A stretch of 64,000 nucleotides of DNA, taken from positions 6,006,699 through 6,070,698 of the forward strand of contig CM082581.2 in NCBI GenBank assembly GCA_040954595.2, written 5' to 3'. Shown piece after piece: positions 39,631 to 55,551 of this stretch. Under the pieces are notes generated by a model. The model searched no databases. It was given only the letters and a program-made list of their open reading frames with translations, and was not told the DNA's origin. This DNA comes from Balanoglossus misakiensis. Its lineage: Eukaryota; Animalia; Hemichordata. Numbering within the stretch: the stretch's first letter is position 1; every line of letters starts with the position of its first letter. The translations under genes and the position numbers were made by a program.

Positions 39631-42600
39631 AAACATTATTTACAGTGCTGCGGATTCGAAAGGAACTTGAACTAAACGGTTTCGACAAAAATCTACTTCG
39701 ATTTGCATTTGGAAATATGTATGTTTTGTTCCCGCGCACTTGCTTGTTTTGCATGTACATGTAGTTGCCATGATACACCAACATTAACACGTACGTGCCT
39801 TCAGTTTTTTTGTATATCATTGCACTTTCGGTGGAATAATTTGCGATGTTCAGTCAGTCTGAGCGATCATACGACTTCCAATTGGTGGCAGGCAGTAACC
39901 AAACGTGACCAACGTGTTTATTGCCTTCTGTCTCGTCGCATCGAAGACAGAATGCCTCATCGTAAACGCATAAAGACCGGGTGATATCTCTGGCGGTTGA
40001 GAAATGAAAAGTCCAAGCGTGCCGTAAAATGATACGACAGTAGGTGTCGTAAAATCGACACTTTTCAATATCCTGGCGGTATCCCAGGTAACACGGCATA
40101 AATCATTGTATAGGGCACTGCAGCAGTAAGTGAACCGTATGCGAAATAACTAGAGCAACATTTTTCATGGATACATATCTCTTCGCAAAGTGCTTCACGG
40201 GGAATGTTGGCACCATTGTAAAGTGCACTCACGTATATCAGGATTGCTTTGTGCGCAGCTTAAACTCCTGGGGCACACTGAAGTGCCATAAATGCCAAAT
40301 TGAATACATCTTTTAATATCGAAAGTTGGCCTCGAAGGAAGACGATCGAAAATGTGTCAGTTCTGTAGGATTATTTGCTATAGCCCGACTCGCTCACGTG
40401 CACTTGGGCCAGGAGAGGCGCCCACCCGGAATGTTCTGTTGGACTGGAGGGGGTTACATTTACCCCCCACCCCTCCCATGTCAACAAAAGCCTGATTGGG
40501 TGTCTCATTACCACAGACTGCAGAGATACCTCACCAGGCATTGTCGAAGCTCTCGTCCTTTCCCGTTAATTCGGAATCCGTTTTATACAAATATTCACCT
40601 AGCACAATGAGTACATTGTATTACACGAAAATCACACAAACGACTGGACAGGATATTTTTCATGATACGGCAAATAGTGTTTGAGTTATCGGTGGAAGGC
40701 CATCAGTTGCAATTGCAAACATTCCGGGAAAGATGTGTTACTGTCGACTTGAAAAAACAGCAACATTATTACATGGAATGCAAGGTTAGCAACTGTATGT
40801 GACAGCTCTCTTAGAGACTAGTCCCTGAACAAGTCATTTCGATATGTCCCCTAACAAGCCCTTTGCATTACGGAAGAACTGTGTACACAACTAAGCCGAC
40901 CAAAGCTCGCGGACAGCTTGTCAAGCACGAAAAGTGACAATCTTAAACGATGTCATCAAGCGATCTGTTTGCTATACTCTGTGACCTCAACCATTATAGC
41001 AAGGCATGAAAGGTTTTCCAAACACCCTTAATGAGTTATCTAAACGTATTAAAAGTCCACAGCTCTGTCCTGCGCATTGACAAGGTCTACGTTGAACAGG
41101 TTCAGTCGACTGTGAAAAGCACCGCATCGGTAACTGGCAGGTGACGTCATAGGTGATATATATCTCTCCCCTTTGACAGTGATGATGTTGGACGTCTCAC
41201 AAAATGTACAAGACAGATAAAAGTAGCCAATTAAGTTGACGTTACGACAACTCCAAGGTCTTCCCATTTGACACCATCGCTTTTGGCAAAAAGCGTGCGT
41301 GATCGATTTTCAAGTTGATGGGAGGATGTTTTAACTAACTAAAACGCCAGCATTTCACAGTGAGCGTCGAATTATCATTGCTGTGTCGTCGTGACAGAAC
41401 TTTGTGTTGTTGTCGTGGAAGGCCTTTGACGTCAAGCAAATAGCACTGTTACTCGATTCACCGCTTCGCCGCAGTGGTTTCACACTCAAAGTATATTATC
41501 AAGTATTACAGGCAGACAGACAGTCAAACAGACAGTCAGTCAGTTAGGCAGACAGACAGAAAGACAGGCAGGTAGGCAGGCAGGTAGACAGACAGACAGT
41601 CAGACAGAGACTTAGAGACTGACATCCATTGATAAGTCGTGTTTCAAGGTCTATTTACATGTACTAGAATTCAGTAGTTTAGCGTATAATGTTATAGCAT
41701 ACTGTTGACAAATCTACGTGAACCAGCCAAAATAATTCCACAACAGAAAGCCGAAATTCACATATGTACATGTACGTTGATCACTGTTACTGCACCGTTT
41801 ATACTCCACTGAACCGCATTCGTGTGCAAATCGACCAAGCTCACGTCACGGTGTAAACCATCAGAGGCAATCAAGACCGTTGGTTTTTCAGATTATATCG
41901 TCATAATGTTTAATGATGCTGATATAGACAGCGTAGATTTATGCTTGAAAAAAAGTGAAACCATAAAGTTAAGAGAACTAAAACTGCTGAAGTCTTTAGC
42001 TCGTAAATAAAACTTAAGCCTTTTAATGGGCATGTTCATATATTGATTTATTATTTCCTGTCACTGTAAATCTCTTGTGCTACTAAAAGCGACATGCCAT
42101 TTTTGAAGTATGTTATCTTGAAATATTTATTTTCTGAAGTCTGGGAGAATACAGTTTAGAACACGAAACACTGCGGTGTGCATCGCGTGAACCATACATA
42201 AATTCACCGGATGCCTTCAACTTGAGTTTGCGATTTGAAAAGACGGTTGTGAGTTATCATTATCAAGCAAAGGTACGCCCTTGTCGTTCAAATACAGACG
42301 TTCCATGTTACATGTAGTGTACACTTACATGTACTACTAGTCTTTCCCGGGCTCTCTGTTTCCCACGATGATGCGGCTGCCGTCGGAACAATACCGAAAG
42401 GGCTACGAACAATGCCGATTATCGAAGATAACGGCGAACATGCTAATGATGGAGCGGCTTTTTATGGATGAAGGCGCACACAGAAACGGCGAGCCCTTCT
42501 TGACGTAGTATGCCAAAAACCAAATGGAATACATTTTTGGGTTCTTTTCAAATCTTTCCTTTCTTTGGCCTTGCAGTAAAATAAAATGCACTTTCATTCT

Positions 42601-42940
42601 ACCTGCAGAAAGTTACACGTATCTTACGACCAAATAAGAACTCTTCAAGCGTGTCATTTCCAGAGGCAGTTTGTTGCCTCCGGGCACAGAAATGGTTAAA
42701 TGTTTTTTGAGTGTTGGTTTGTGAATGGCCTCGTTAAGCATGTTAAATTTTCATTATTTCGTGTGAATCTGTACATGTGTGTTAAACAAACACGTGGATA
42801 ATTAATTCCCTGAATGAAGTTAGTGGACCATACCCTTATAAATCCCATTGCTTTCGCGAGGCTTGCTTATTTAGGAGTACAAATCGTGATTATACCGCTT
42901 TCGGCAGGTCTGGACTTTTTTTACTTGCGGGTTCTATCCT

Positions 42941-43105
42941 TCAAATAATGTCTCGACCCCCATCATTCCCAGGGCGTCTATGTCAAATAATATCTCGACC
43001 ACCATCTTTCTCAGGGCGTCTATGTCAAATAACATCTCGACCACCATCTTTCTCAGGGGGTCTACATGTATGTCAATTAATATCTCGACCACCATCTTTC
43101 CCTTG
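42941..43105. repeat. 42-bp minisatellite, ~3.7 copies
   Basis: Unit tcaaataatatctcgaccaccatctttctcagggcgtctatg starts at 42941, 42983, 43025 (6-nt insertion) and 43073 (partial). Confidence 0.9.
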
Positions 43106-46100
43106 TCGTCCATCCCAGATAATATGCTGACCACCTACGGAACATCATGGTTAAGAATTCACGACAAAACCTGCCCTATTACACAACGGTGAATAACGAC
43201 TCCTTCTCTTTACATCGACCTATGCATCATCACTCATTGCTTCAGTCTAATCCGAAGAATTTGTATGGAAAATGATACCATAATTAAAGACATGTAATAG
43301 TATAAGTTTATCGACTTTTAGTGGACCTCTCTCGGAATCAGTTATTCTTTCAGCGCCGCGGGTCATTTTTTCAGCGCGTGTGCGTGGATAAAAAGACTCG
43401 CAGCATTACGCTACATCTCTCGTTACATATAGGATGTCTCAATGGCGCCCATTCCTCCGACAATCGATTTCGTTTCAATACCTCACCGTTCAAGTCGTAT
43501 AACGTACGGAAGGAACAATGAAGGAAGAAATCGATTGCAAAGAAGATTAGCAAAGCCGGACCTAAGCCTTCAGCGGGGACTTCGAAAAGAAATACGCTCA
43601 GATAACATCACCCGCAAATCCCATTGTCATATTCTTTTAATTATACATTGATTAGGGCCTATTGACCAATTCGTGAGTTTTTTTGTACATCGGGCAAGGT
43701 CACAAGCCACTGACGCTAGAAATGAAGACCGCGTGAAACACGACTGTTATGTGTTAAATGTCTGCGAACTTTCTTAAAGATGAACTGTGCCACGAAAACA
43801 GGTCAACAAGCATTATCAGTCAGGGTCAGCAAACTGACAGTACCAAGATGAAGATGTAGAATAATGACAATGACAATCCAAAGGGGTCATCTTCAAGTGC
43901 TGCGCCCGTCAGGACTGACCCAAAGAGACAAATTCGATTGTGCTAAACCTCGTGGGTCCAATCCATGCATGCTGTCACTCATCGTTTACATGTGTATGTC
44001 AAGATGTGTCATATTCGGATACAAAATAACACAGCGTTTCTTCAAGGATCTCCGTCGATTGTTTTCACGCTAACTGTGTCTCACACGAAAATCGTTATTA
44101 ATACAGCTGTGACTCCACTCCACAAAACGTATTCGCCAGTGCGCTACCGTGACATTGTCAATATTTTTATGGTCCCTTGTTCGGAGAATCTCGTTAAAAA
44201 TACATCTCTCGTTTGATCAAGAGATGTGCCACTGTGCTTTTATGTTTATGCGCTCAGTTAAAATTTAAACAAGGTATACGTGTGTGGCTATCACGGTCAC
44301 ATCAACTCGCGGCGTTCTACCAGTCCATGAAATAGGTGATAAACCATCTGGTCCCAGGTTTATATAAGTTTACAGAGCACGAAACATTATGTATGGTGGA
44401 ATGCGTAAATGTCAGATTGTTATGTTAACACGACCATCAGATATGCGAGGCGAAATTCATGCATTTTCAAGCAAAACTTCAAAAGTACATGTACATATAC
44501 GTCCTTTTAAGTTTTAAGACACAAAACACTCCCACTGCTGCGTAACAAGTAATGATATCTACGAGTCCGGTTATAAAAACCCCCGAAGATTTCCCCTTTG
44601 ATTTGGACAAATCACTCACTACATGTGTACGTTTTTTACTAGTAATACAGGACCTTGGAATAGACGCGAATATGAAAAAATGGCATGAGTTCAAAGTCAC
44701 AAATCGAATTGCATTACCAATTTGGCTTGAAGAGCGTCAATGTCAGTGTCTGCCGTATCACATCGTTTGGTTTAATGTTTACTTCAATTACGACGCTCAA
44801 TGACAAATCTTTGGAAATCAAATCGTATTGGAATAATGAACCAACCAAGCTGAACATGTCACGCCGCACGGTCAAGGGAAATCGGGCATCACGCCAGTAT
44901 GTCCATCATATTCGCTGTTTCTCGGGGCTTTGTTGGAGCAGTGACCTTTGACCCAAAACACAATGAAACCCAACGATATCATCATTGTCCGTTTATCATT
45001 GGAAACGTCGAAATACATTATAGTACATTACATTACAAGGAATGACCCGCAACTTCGTGTAAGCTTATTCCGCGGGCCTAAAATGTACATGCACTTTTTC
45101 TCAAAATGTTATTTTCTCAAATTCTATAGGCGATGTGGCCTTCACTGCAGCAACATTCATTTGTGAAAGAATAGGCACATAAAATTCGGTCGTATCCAAA
45201 AAGCAAACGAGAGAATACAATATCACAGTGAAGGCTACATAGTAGCATTGAGGCGGCCATATTTGAGTAAGGTACCGTTTATTTATTATTATCCCTTTTG
45301 TACAGGTACCGTGTATTATCCATTTTGTACAAACTTGGACATGCCCGGGCATGTATAGTCAGCGGTCAACGACACTTGTAAGTCAAATCCTTATAATTCC
45401 GCTGTATCGAAGACAACGCACAACTTACGTTGGAATTATTAAAGGAAATCAAATTTCCTTATTGCGTCTTAATTTTATGCGTAAAGGCTTACCTGTCAAA
45501 AATAAAATACACTCAATGAAATTAATGAATTAATGGGAAACGGTAATAAGCCCCTAGAACGTTTTAATGGAAGATCTGTTCATGCATTTAACAAAGCTTT
45601 CAAAGGCAGACATCAGTCTACAAGACACTGTCAGGTTATTTGCTTAAATTAGCCGTGTACAATTGCAGCAAGTAATGGCAATGCAAGAGAGAGTGAGGAG
45701 AAACATTTATGCAAAGGGGAATTTTTCACTCCTCTTTTGTTGTGTGAGTTTTAGCGTAGTAACAAAAATGAAGCGAATTCCAACAAGGGAAACACGAAAC
45801 ATTACTTAATTGATCAATTCAGGATATGTCCTCAGCTTATCAATAAAATTAATTTAAAAAAAATGTCCACAATTTATGTTTCTCTCAACTGCTAAAAATG
45901 CCGCTACCTGCGTAATTCACAACATCCATTTTTAGGACGAGAAATTCGGACAAATCGTTTGAAATATTCGCTAATTGAAATCGATGATAAGAAACGGTAT
46001 ACGTGATTCATCGGCGCGTGAGGTTCTTTGTTTAATAACATGGCACATGTTGCAATCGTTGTGTTGACAAAAGAGACAAAAATTGTTCTGTAATGTTATA

Positions 46101-49100
46101 CACACCGCTGGAAACGTCTTAAAGCTTTTGTTTCGACCGCAGTCGAACAATAAAACAGATGAGCTTCACTCGGCTCATGCTGCTATCAAAACACGGATTA
46201 TTATTTCGCAGGCGGAGTTATCATTATTACAAATGATACACTTTTCCGCGCTCCATTGTTACGAGCATGTATTCATTAATTCTGAATAGCTGCTAATGAA
46301 AACAGCAACTAATATGAATACTCATAAAATCGTAAACAAGTGGGTATACGCGGTATTCGCATACTTTCATGGGATAAGTGGTGGTTCCATAAATTGATTT
46401 CTCCACTTTGTGGCTGGAGGCGGTAATGAATAGCTCGCGATAGCAAAGTGAACCCATTACCAAAATACGATTTTTATTTGAGCTGCCGCCTCGGGCGTTT
46501 TCTCTTGTCTAACGACGTGTAATCACACCACCCTTAATGATACTTCATGAATTTGTCAATTTGATGACACTGCGTGGAGTGCCCGTTAACTGGTAATCAC
46601 CCGGTGGGGCTATTTCTGAAATTAACCTTTCCATCTCGGACGTCACTTTTGCAGTTTTGCTTCGTGTTTCCCCCCCGGAAACAACAGCTCTGTGAATATT
46701 TCCAACACACCTGATTCAAAATTATTTTTTTCTTCAGAATAATTCTGCACACAAGATTTGACTATAGACCGGGCCCAGAATGCGATGACATGGTCGTGTG
46801 ACTGTTGTACATATTAAATAGATGGTCTTAGGTGCAATTATAGTCGAGTGTGCTTGAACGGAAAATAGCACACTTGATTGGCCGAGATGATAATAATAAT
46901 AGATAATAATAATAGACGATTCAGAAATGTATCATTGATCATAAATTATCATTGTATGTATTTTTATTCCTAATTATTACTGTTTAATTGCGCGGGTTTT
47001 ATGCAGAGGCAATGATATATAGTTGTACTTATATAGTGTTATTTAATTTATTCCATTGCTCATAAAGTGCATTGGTTGTGTTTGATGTTATGCGCTGCAT
47101 AAAAAGTAAAGATTATGGTCAAGGTTAACGGTTTAGATTTTTAGAATATTGAAAATGTTGTTAGACTGAATACCATCAGTATTATGGCGATAATTTCCAG
47201 GAATAATGAACCATTTTGGCCTTCAGCTTGAGTTTCTGTTTGTAAAATGTAATGACTATGGTAAATTTCCATTAGTGGCGAGGAAAAAAAAGGATTGCGA
47301 ATCGTAAATTTGATTAACTAAATGCATTTAACATACGTTCAAGGCAATCGTAAATTCGTTCAAATATATATTTTTGCAAATGGATCATCCATGCGGTTGT
47401 ATCGAGGTGACTGAACGATGGTCGCTACACCCCTTCCTAGTACACGTGCATGTTAACTGTGCTGGCTTTTCCCTAATTATAACTGATGCTATTTGACTGA
47501 AGTTTACGGATGGTGACGCTTGATTGAATTACTGTTATTGAATGGAGGAGGGAATGAATCCCATCCTAGCGTAATAACCCACTTCGATGTCATAATTTTG
47601 TTCAGAAGTATTTTCTGAGTTGGATGAATAGTCGCGTTTTTCGGTCGGCCGATCTTTCTCAGTGGGCGCCCAATGCTCCGTGACGGAGAAAATGTACCAC
47701 GGACAAATGAATGTGTAATGCCATTTCGTTGTGACTGGTAATAGGCCACTTTCGTGACCCCTATGTGAACTTTACATCCTGGCATTTTGGTATGAGTTTA
47801 CCATTTTGAGTTTGAATTCAGGAACAGTGAGCAGTGCACTGTAACTCACCCTAGAAGCATTTTGCACGCAGATGTTAAAATATCTAGAAAACTGCCTTGA
47901 GAACACAAGCACTGATCGATCGATGACCCTTATTTACATTCAGATTAAATGCCTTCCAAACCAAATAACGGAATGTATGTCAATACCGACCGACGATGGG
48001 TATTTTCAAAACACACTGTTAACAGCTTGTGCAAATTTGAGATTATGTGACAATACACAACGTTCGGTCAATCGGTCGTTGCGTTTATTGAGTGGCAAAT
48101 GGTAAAACATGAACAATATATTATCAAAGAGCCACGTTAAGGTTGGACGTATCAGTGAATGCGAAAAAGAGTTTCCTGCGCCATGTGAAATATCGGTGTT
48201 TGACATTAACCTTGGCTGTTTGCAGATCGACCGCGTCATTCAATGTGCGTTGCATAGACGGGATTCGGAAATGACGGAGATTATTGAGCAATCTGCAGCG
48301 CATGGAGACTAATTATTTTCTCTGTAGCTCCGTTCAAAAACGCCTCGTTCATCTTGATAACCCCAATTTTTGGCGGTTTTCGTGCTGCGTGCGTGAATTA
48401 ATCGCACAAGACCTGATTTGGCCCGAGATGACCCTATACGGAATGCGGTATCCCTTCAGGTTTTCCCCTGGTTCTTATCGATGAGACGTCCAACGTCAAC
48501 AACGTGATAAAGAGACTCTAGGGGCTTTTACTTAGAAAGGGAAAATGGAGGAGTATATATACTAGCATCACATTTGAACGCTTTTTTAATTTCCATATTG
48601 ATAAGTGGGTAGAATTTGACGCTTATCAGACTCCTGATTTCGTACAAAAGAATAAGGTACATGTACATTCCTTTTTTTTAAATTCTATATACCTTTAACT
48701 TAATATCATGGATATGTCACGTAGATTTCTGTAAATGAAAGTAGTAACGTGAAATTATTTTTCAATTTACTTGTACATTGTTATTAATAATTAATAATAT
48801 GAAAAGATCAACAATAGTCGGAAATGTAATTATAGGTGACCTACTGAATAATATATAGAATATTTAATTATTTCAATTTGCCGTGGAATGTAAATGAGAT
48901 TAAATAATAGCCATGAATATTTCGTATTAATAATGAAAGTATTGTGATATTGAAGTATGAGCTATTATATTACGTCATCTTGAATGTCAAGCTGGGCTAA
49001 TAGACGCGGTAATTGAGGATGAATGTGAGTCTGAAGTAAACACCAGAAGTGTGTAGGGTAGGATTCTTGCTGTACATGTGTAGAGTGGTGGGTATATTGA

Positions 49101-52100
49101 AGAGTGGATGGATAGATGGGTGGGTGGGTGGGTTGGTGGGTGCATGGAGGGCAGGGTATGGATTAATCAGTTGGTGGGCGAAACGGGATCAACGCGTATG
49201 AGATGGATTATTGGATGTTTGGGATGAGCGAGTTTGTGATTTGACGATAGATGGATTGACGAACCGGGTGGGGTGAGACAGATGGCTGGGTCACGTGCAC
49301 AGACATGTAGCAAGAGGTAGGGAAATTTGTGCGGTTTTTTGTCTACGTCGTGTCTATGTGTTGATGGGAATGAGAATGTGAATAGTGTGAGCGCTAGCTT
49401 TTGGGTTGGCGAAACTATCGAGTAATAGCTGAACTTAAAATACGTGTGGAACATTTCAATGACGCTTACGCGGTGGTTTTTTTTATGAATAATGGAAAGA
49501 AACCGCGGCTGGCAAAATGTTCGAAATTGGGTAGCGATAAGGCATTTCGGTTTATATAATGGCTGTCTGAAGCTGGACGCACGCTGGGCTCTCAGTTTCC
49601 CCCAAGAGATAGCGACTATCACGCGTCGATGGTGCACGGTATCCTTTGAACAGCATAACAACAAATACCGATACATGCACACACGCAGTCGGGATTACTA
49701 ATAACACTATAATAACAGGTATTTCACCATGGTTTCACAACCATATGTTGCCTACTTGCGGCATATTGAAGTCGATACGGGCAGACAGTTATTTTGTGTG
49801 TGCAAAAGACCCAATATTTGAAAATCACTCGCTCAGACTCAAAGACCGATCAGCATTCAGGTCTTCGGGGTTGAAGCTGGTCACCCTTGTCTAACAGATG
49901 CACTCACTGCCCAGGAAAGAAGCGAAATCTGGACACGTGACCGCACGACTACCGAAGTTCAGTATCTCTACTGCTCCGGATTTCTGAAAGGCGTATATTT
50001 TATTTATATATACTTGTAGAATATTCTATCAGGAGAAATCATGAAGAACCAGGAGTCATGGTATAAAATGCCGTCCGACAGCCTAAACACGAGAACAAAC
50101 GATAATTTTTGAATATTGCCACACAATCATTGGTAATGTTTGCTCTATGCGTTGTGCATTTACTGTTTTACCCATTGGATTGTGTTGATGGCTTAAGCTG
50201 CAGTGATTGTAGCGGTGAGGGGGGGGGGGGGTGCTCCGATTGGGTTGCGGTTAAGGGAACGCCCCGTTTACAATCATTGCAGAGTTCTCAGACGTGACGT
50301 ATTTCAAGGGTACCTTCACGGTCTATGAACGTACAAACACACAGCAGTCCCTTGTATGGACAGTGATTGTATGCACAGGCAGCGCATCACAAATAAAGTC
50401 CCTTTTTAGATATTATGTCAAAAAATAAACTTCCTCCGTGGATATCTGATACCGACCCGTCTTTGCAATCGATCGAACCTAGATTTAGCAAATTCAACAT
50501 TGAATGTTTACAGTACAATTTACGAGATACAGGTAAACATAATGCAAATATTTGCGTGCGCTTCGTATCAAATATTTAATAGAGCGATTTTAATCCGTAT
50601 ACACGTGAGCATTACATTCAAGTCAGCATATCGCCACTATAATATATAGTTTTTTTATACTGTACAATTTACGAGGAAATACTGCTGTTTGAAATTGCCA
50701 ACGGAAGGTTTCTAAGTTTTGAGTGGATCAGATACAGGTTAAAGTATTTTTTTTAAATTAAAAAAAACTATTCACCACTTATTTATGGCACCTAAAAGAG
50801 ACATACAAATGTCAATTTTAATTTTTCAACGTATGCGAAAATCTGAGACGGTCCCTTACACACACACAAGCATACACTCACGAAACAGACAAATCCATAA
50901 ATAGTATTAATTAAATCTAAATATGGTAGCAGACAGCAACTGTTTCTTTGCTTACTATCGTGATGCATAAAAAATAAAGCATTTAAACATTTTTTCACTG
51001 TGTCTGAGAATCGTAGCAACAGGAACTAAATATAAAATGCCAGATTCATTAAATTACAACACCATTGACTGGAGTGTTCGACGCTTTTCCCCGTGATATT
51101 AACTCTGCGTATTGTCAACGGCGTTTTCTCATTAGTCTCCCTAAAATTATGAAATGCCAAGTATCGACCTTGTCAACATAGACAGTAATTCTATCTGTTC
51201 AGTCGGCAATGTCATCGCAGAAAACAAATGAATTTAAGTCCGGACTTAAATTCAAATATCAACTACAACAATGAAAGCCACACGTGCACAGTGTGTGATC
51301 AAAATCACATGTACAGTATTCGGAATTTTATCGGGCTCTCTGGATCATATAACATTTGATTGATATTCGTGTTCATAGACTTATAAGATTTTGACGCCAT
51401 ACAGATAAATTCATGAAATCATACCAAAATGAAATAAACAAACGCGATTTGAACATGTTACTTATCATAATAAATGTTCAGCTATACGAACAGAAACTGT
51501 TAGTTTATGGTCCACTAAGCGACAATTTTCTCGATCTACTAAATTGCTGTGCAATTGCATATCTTTTCGTCATTAAATTCAATGAAATTTCGCCCCAAAT
51601 CTAAGATTTATCTGATGTTCATATTTATTGACTAATCGATGACTGATCAGCCTTCGACCGAGGGAATATTAAAGTACGTGTTCATGTCCACTTGATAAGA
51701 TCACTCGGACATGTTTGCTTGTTTGTTTGTGACATGGTCATCCATGGGCCAATCCTTACACTTATCATCTCCAAGGTGCACCAACATTTTGAAATTCTAC
51801 GGACAAGTAAACAGACTTGATAAACATTATTTCGTGGCCGCCAATGCCCAATGGAGTGGCCATATCCGCAAAACCGAATTGTCTCAAGTCAAGTACTGTC
51901 ATTGTAACTAGGCCCAAAGCCAACTAAATCTGAACGCCTGACCTCGTGTGTCGACAACTTTGCAATTAAGCGTCACGCACGACCGAAATAGACTCTAAAT
52001 GTTTAAACGACAGGCAGTTGGACCATGGCAAGGACTCGTTCTGCCGAATTAAAAGTGTAGCACATTTGCCAACTTCTCCCTGCAGAGGTGTTGCGACCTT

Positions 52101-52462
52101 CTGACCGTGCAATTTTTAATCAAACACGCTGTAACTATGGCAGTAGTTGCATTGGTCCCAGCAAGTGCTAAAATTCGTGTTTCTCAAATATTTAACGATC
52201 ACGCCGCTCGGTACATGTGTATGGCGTGACATAGCAGTATTACTTCGACTTAAAATGTTCAAATCTAATTGTCTGCAAAGGTAATTTATTCCTGGCATGC
52301 ACGCCAATAATGCACTCGCACACATCTGTTTAATATACATGTACCTGCCTGCTTGGTTATCGGTCGCGTTAACTTAGGTGTTATTGCACCGACTGCGTTC
52401 AAGGCCACACTAAATGCAATCGATCGATCAATCGATCGATGAATCAATCAATGAATTAATTA

Positions 52463-52637
<175 letters not shown>

Positions 52638-55503
52638 AGTTTGTTTGTTTGATCGTGCGATCGTGCGATGGAACGTAAGAGAATTTATACATTCGATCAT
52701 TTGATCGATTGATTGATCAAGCGCGAATTTATATATTCGCTGCGATGTGTCTTTTAGCAAATGTGCCAAATGCTTTGAAACTAATTTTATCATCAAATTG
52801 AAATGTGGATGACAGCCTGGTATATTTAATAACGGCCAGTGTGAAAAAAGTTCTTTATATATTACAAAGTGTAAAATGAACTACTAGAAGCGTAATTAGT
52901 AGCTATTAGAAGTTAAGTCTGAATAAGGAAATTACTTTTTAGTACGGGAAAGTGGTTTTTGAAATACAGAAGCCGTTCAAGAAAACGCACATTTTCAATT
53001 AACTTTGCACGACTATGTCTGCTAGACTGGGGAAACAAATACACGGACGGACAGGTGGACAGTAGACAATGAAGAGAATTGCTGTTCCAACGAATTTGTG
53101 TATACAAACTTTAAAGATGAGGACTGTACACATATTCAAAATACCGTCTCAAATTCATGTATCTCGCTACAGATACGGAGGTGATCTCATAACAGTGTGA
53201 TAGCTGACACCGAGCGGTCCTTGTGAAAATTGTTGCGAATATTCAATATGTTCCCCTAATACGGCAGTGCAAATCCAGTTCATATCTGGTCACTGGCATA
53301 TGCTAGTATTGCAAACTGCTCGGGGTGACAACACACACTAACGACAGCTTGAACGTTACAGGGCTGCACAGAAAATGCGCTACAGGCCTGCAAAGGCAAT
53401 TATTTGGACGTTAGAGTCAGGGTAGATTTCAAAACAATAAATGATACGACGCAAATGCGTTTTACTTTCTGCTCCATGTTCGGGTTATTTAGCGTTTCAT
53501 GCTCAATTGCACAGTGGGTTGTCAAATTTACGACGAGTCATTGAAATAATTCTAGAGAAGATTTTATCTCCGTCTTCTCCTTTTCATTATTGATCTTTGT
53601 AATTTCATTGACTCTGGTTCGCCCTTTAGCCATACTGGATGGCATATTACCCGGCAGTTACTAGTGAATTCATTTATTTGGGGGGAAATTGTATCCCGCG
53701 GCGAATGAACTATTTCTCGGCACGCTTAGTTGCCAGTCATATGATCTGATGACGTTTCTGCACGTCAAGCGTGTGTGAAGATTTCAAAGGTGTCCTTTAT
53801 AATGACTTCCACTGAAATGTGACAACACGTCCGAACGGGTTGCTAACGGGTTGCAGAAAAAAAACAATTAAAGTCAAGTTCTGTATGAAATTAGAATAAA
53901 TACAGAGTTGAAAAAAAAAACTTTTGTGTCGTTTAACATGATACCCCACGCGTTGTTTATACTGCGTCACGTGCAATGCCTTCCCGCATAAACTGCCTAG
54001 CCACGCGAGGTCTCGCAGAGTCTCGTGGAGGTCGTAAAATGGTCTATTGGGCTACTCAATACGGGACGACATTCGAGGAATGATTGTAGCGACACATGAC
54101 GTATAACACTGTAAGTGATAGGTCCATATTTTGCATAGAAGTCCTCTTTGATTTTGATGACCAGCTGTGACACTGTTACGTCTGATTACGTATGTAACAG
54201 TTTTACAGCGCATGTTGCTAAATTCTCTCATGTTTCATTTCTGATCAGAATTTACTTATTAGAACTAAGTAATCCCCAGAGCAAATAATACACAAAGCAT
54301 GAGTTCTGCTGCAAGCAGATAACATTTCATGGGACGAAACACTACTCTCTCTCCCTCTCTTTCTCTCACTCCCATCAATTACTTCATTTACATCCTCACA
54401 TCATCGCTTTAATTATTCACCAAGTGATTCAGACGATCGAGTCACGCTGCAGGCCGGCTGCTCTCTGCAATATGCAATTGATTTAAATTATTTACGTAAT
54501 GAAACGTATTTTACAGAATTTTAAGCGGAGTTCATTATTGAAAGGGCGGGGTCATTTTATAAAATATAGCCCGGACTCTTACTTTGAAGCAAATCCGTGC
54601 ACATCTCTATTCTACATATACATCAATTGTGCCCTGATCCATCACAAATATTTTCTGAGGTTATCCAGTTGCAAAGTAACGATACATGTGAGTGTCGCGC
54701 TAGAGAAACCCTTGTCGCCCGCCGCCGGCGAAAATGCGCTGAAGGAGGCGACTTAGCGATGATAATTGACAAAATGCTTTCAATCATCGGACATCATCTG
54801 TATGCATACTTCATTATTTGGATCTCCTCGTGGGAACACTCATTATACCGTTATACACAGCTGTTAAAGCTCACAGCGAACCCAAGGCTGATGCTCGATC
54901 GATATGTATTGGTAATGCATTGACCATGTACATTTGTTAAAAAAACACGAGAAGATTACGGCCTAACATTAAATGACGGAACTGTGTAATACTATGTATG
55001 GGTTGTGAAGTGAGCCCGGCGTGACGACCGGGAAACATGTGTCAGTGAGTAGAACAAAATACAAAACGGTCACAAGTTGACGACTGTGTCCCTTTAATCC
55101 ACGCCAGTCTATCAATCAGAATCCGTAGCATCTCTCTCCACCGATCGCTGGTAGGTATACATGGTAGTAAAGCGGCAACGTACGTCTTCTCTAAAGCATA
55201 CACGATGAACAGCTTGGGGCGAGTATTCAAAGTTTTCACGCTCGCCCCACGCATTAAGTGCAATATTCTTCAACGCACGATATTCCCCGCTTGGAAATTC
55301 TCTTCAGACGTGACGCGGCCACTTCAGCGATTTCAGAATTGCCCCGCTGCGTCGGATCCTTTACCTCGAAGATGGCCGTATCCCATCATACGTATATCGT
55401 TCTTCAACTGAAGGGTATTCGCTTGACATATTTATATAGCTGCAGCAGAGCGAGAAATGCTCCGCACGGCTACCGACTGACAAATTCAGCCATCTTATAC
55501 ATG

Positions 55504-55509
<6 letters not shown>

Positions 55510-55550
<41 letters not shown>
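55510..55550. repeat. (AGAC)n microsatellite
   Basis: Directly visible; degenerate relatives at about 9304-9340 and 41510-41610. Confidence 0.9.

Positions 55551-55551
<1 letters not shown>

Noticed and set aside
42934-43192. Repeat array as CRISPR or a 14-aa repeat protein
   Set aside because: Contiguous 42-bp units without unique spacers, eukaryotic context and no cas genes; the open frames simply reflect a unit length divisible by 3.
47500-47800. C-type-lectin-like fragment (YVNFTSWHFG)
   Set aside because: Very short resemblance surrounded by stops; insufficient evidence.
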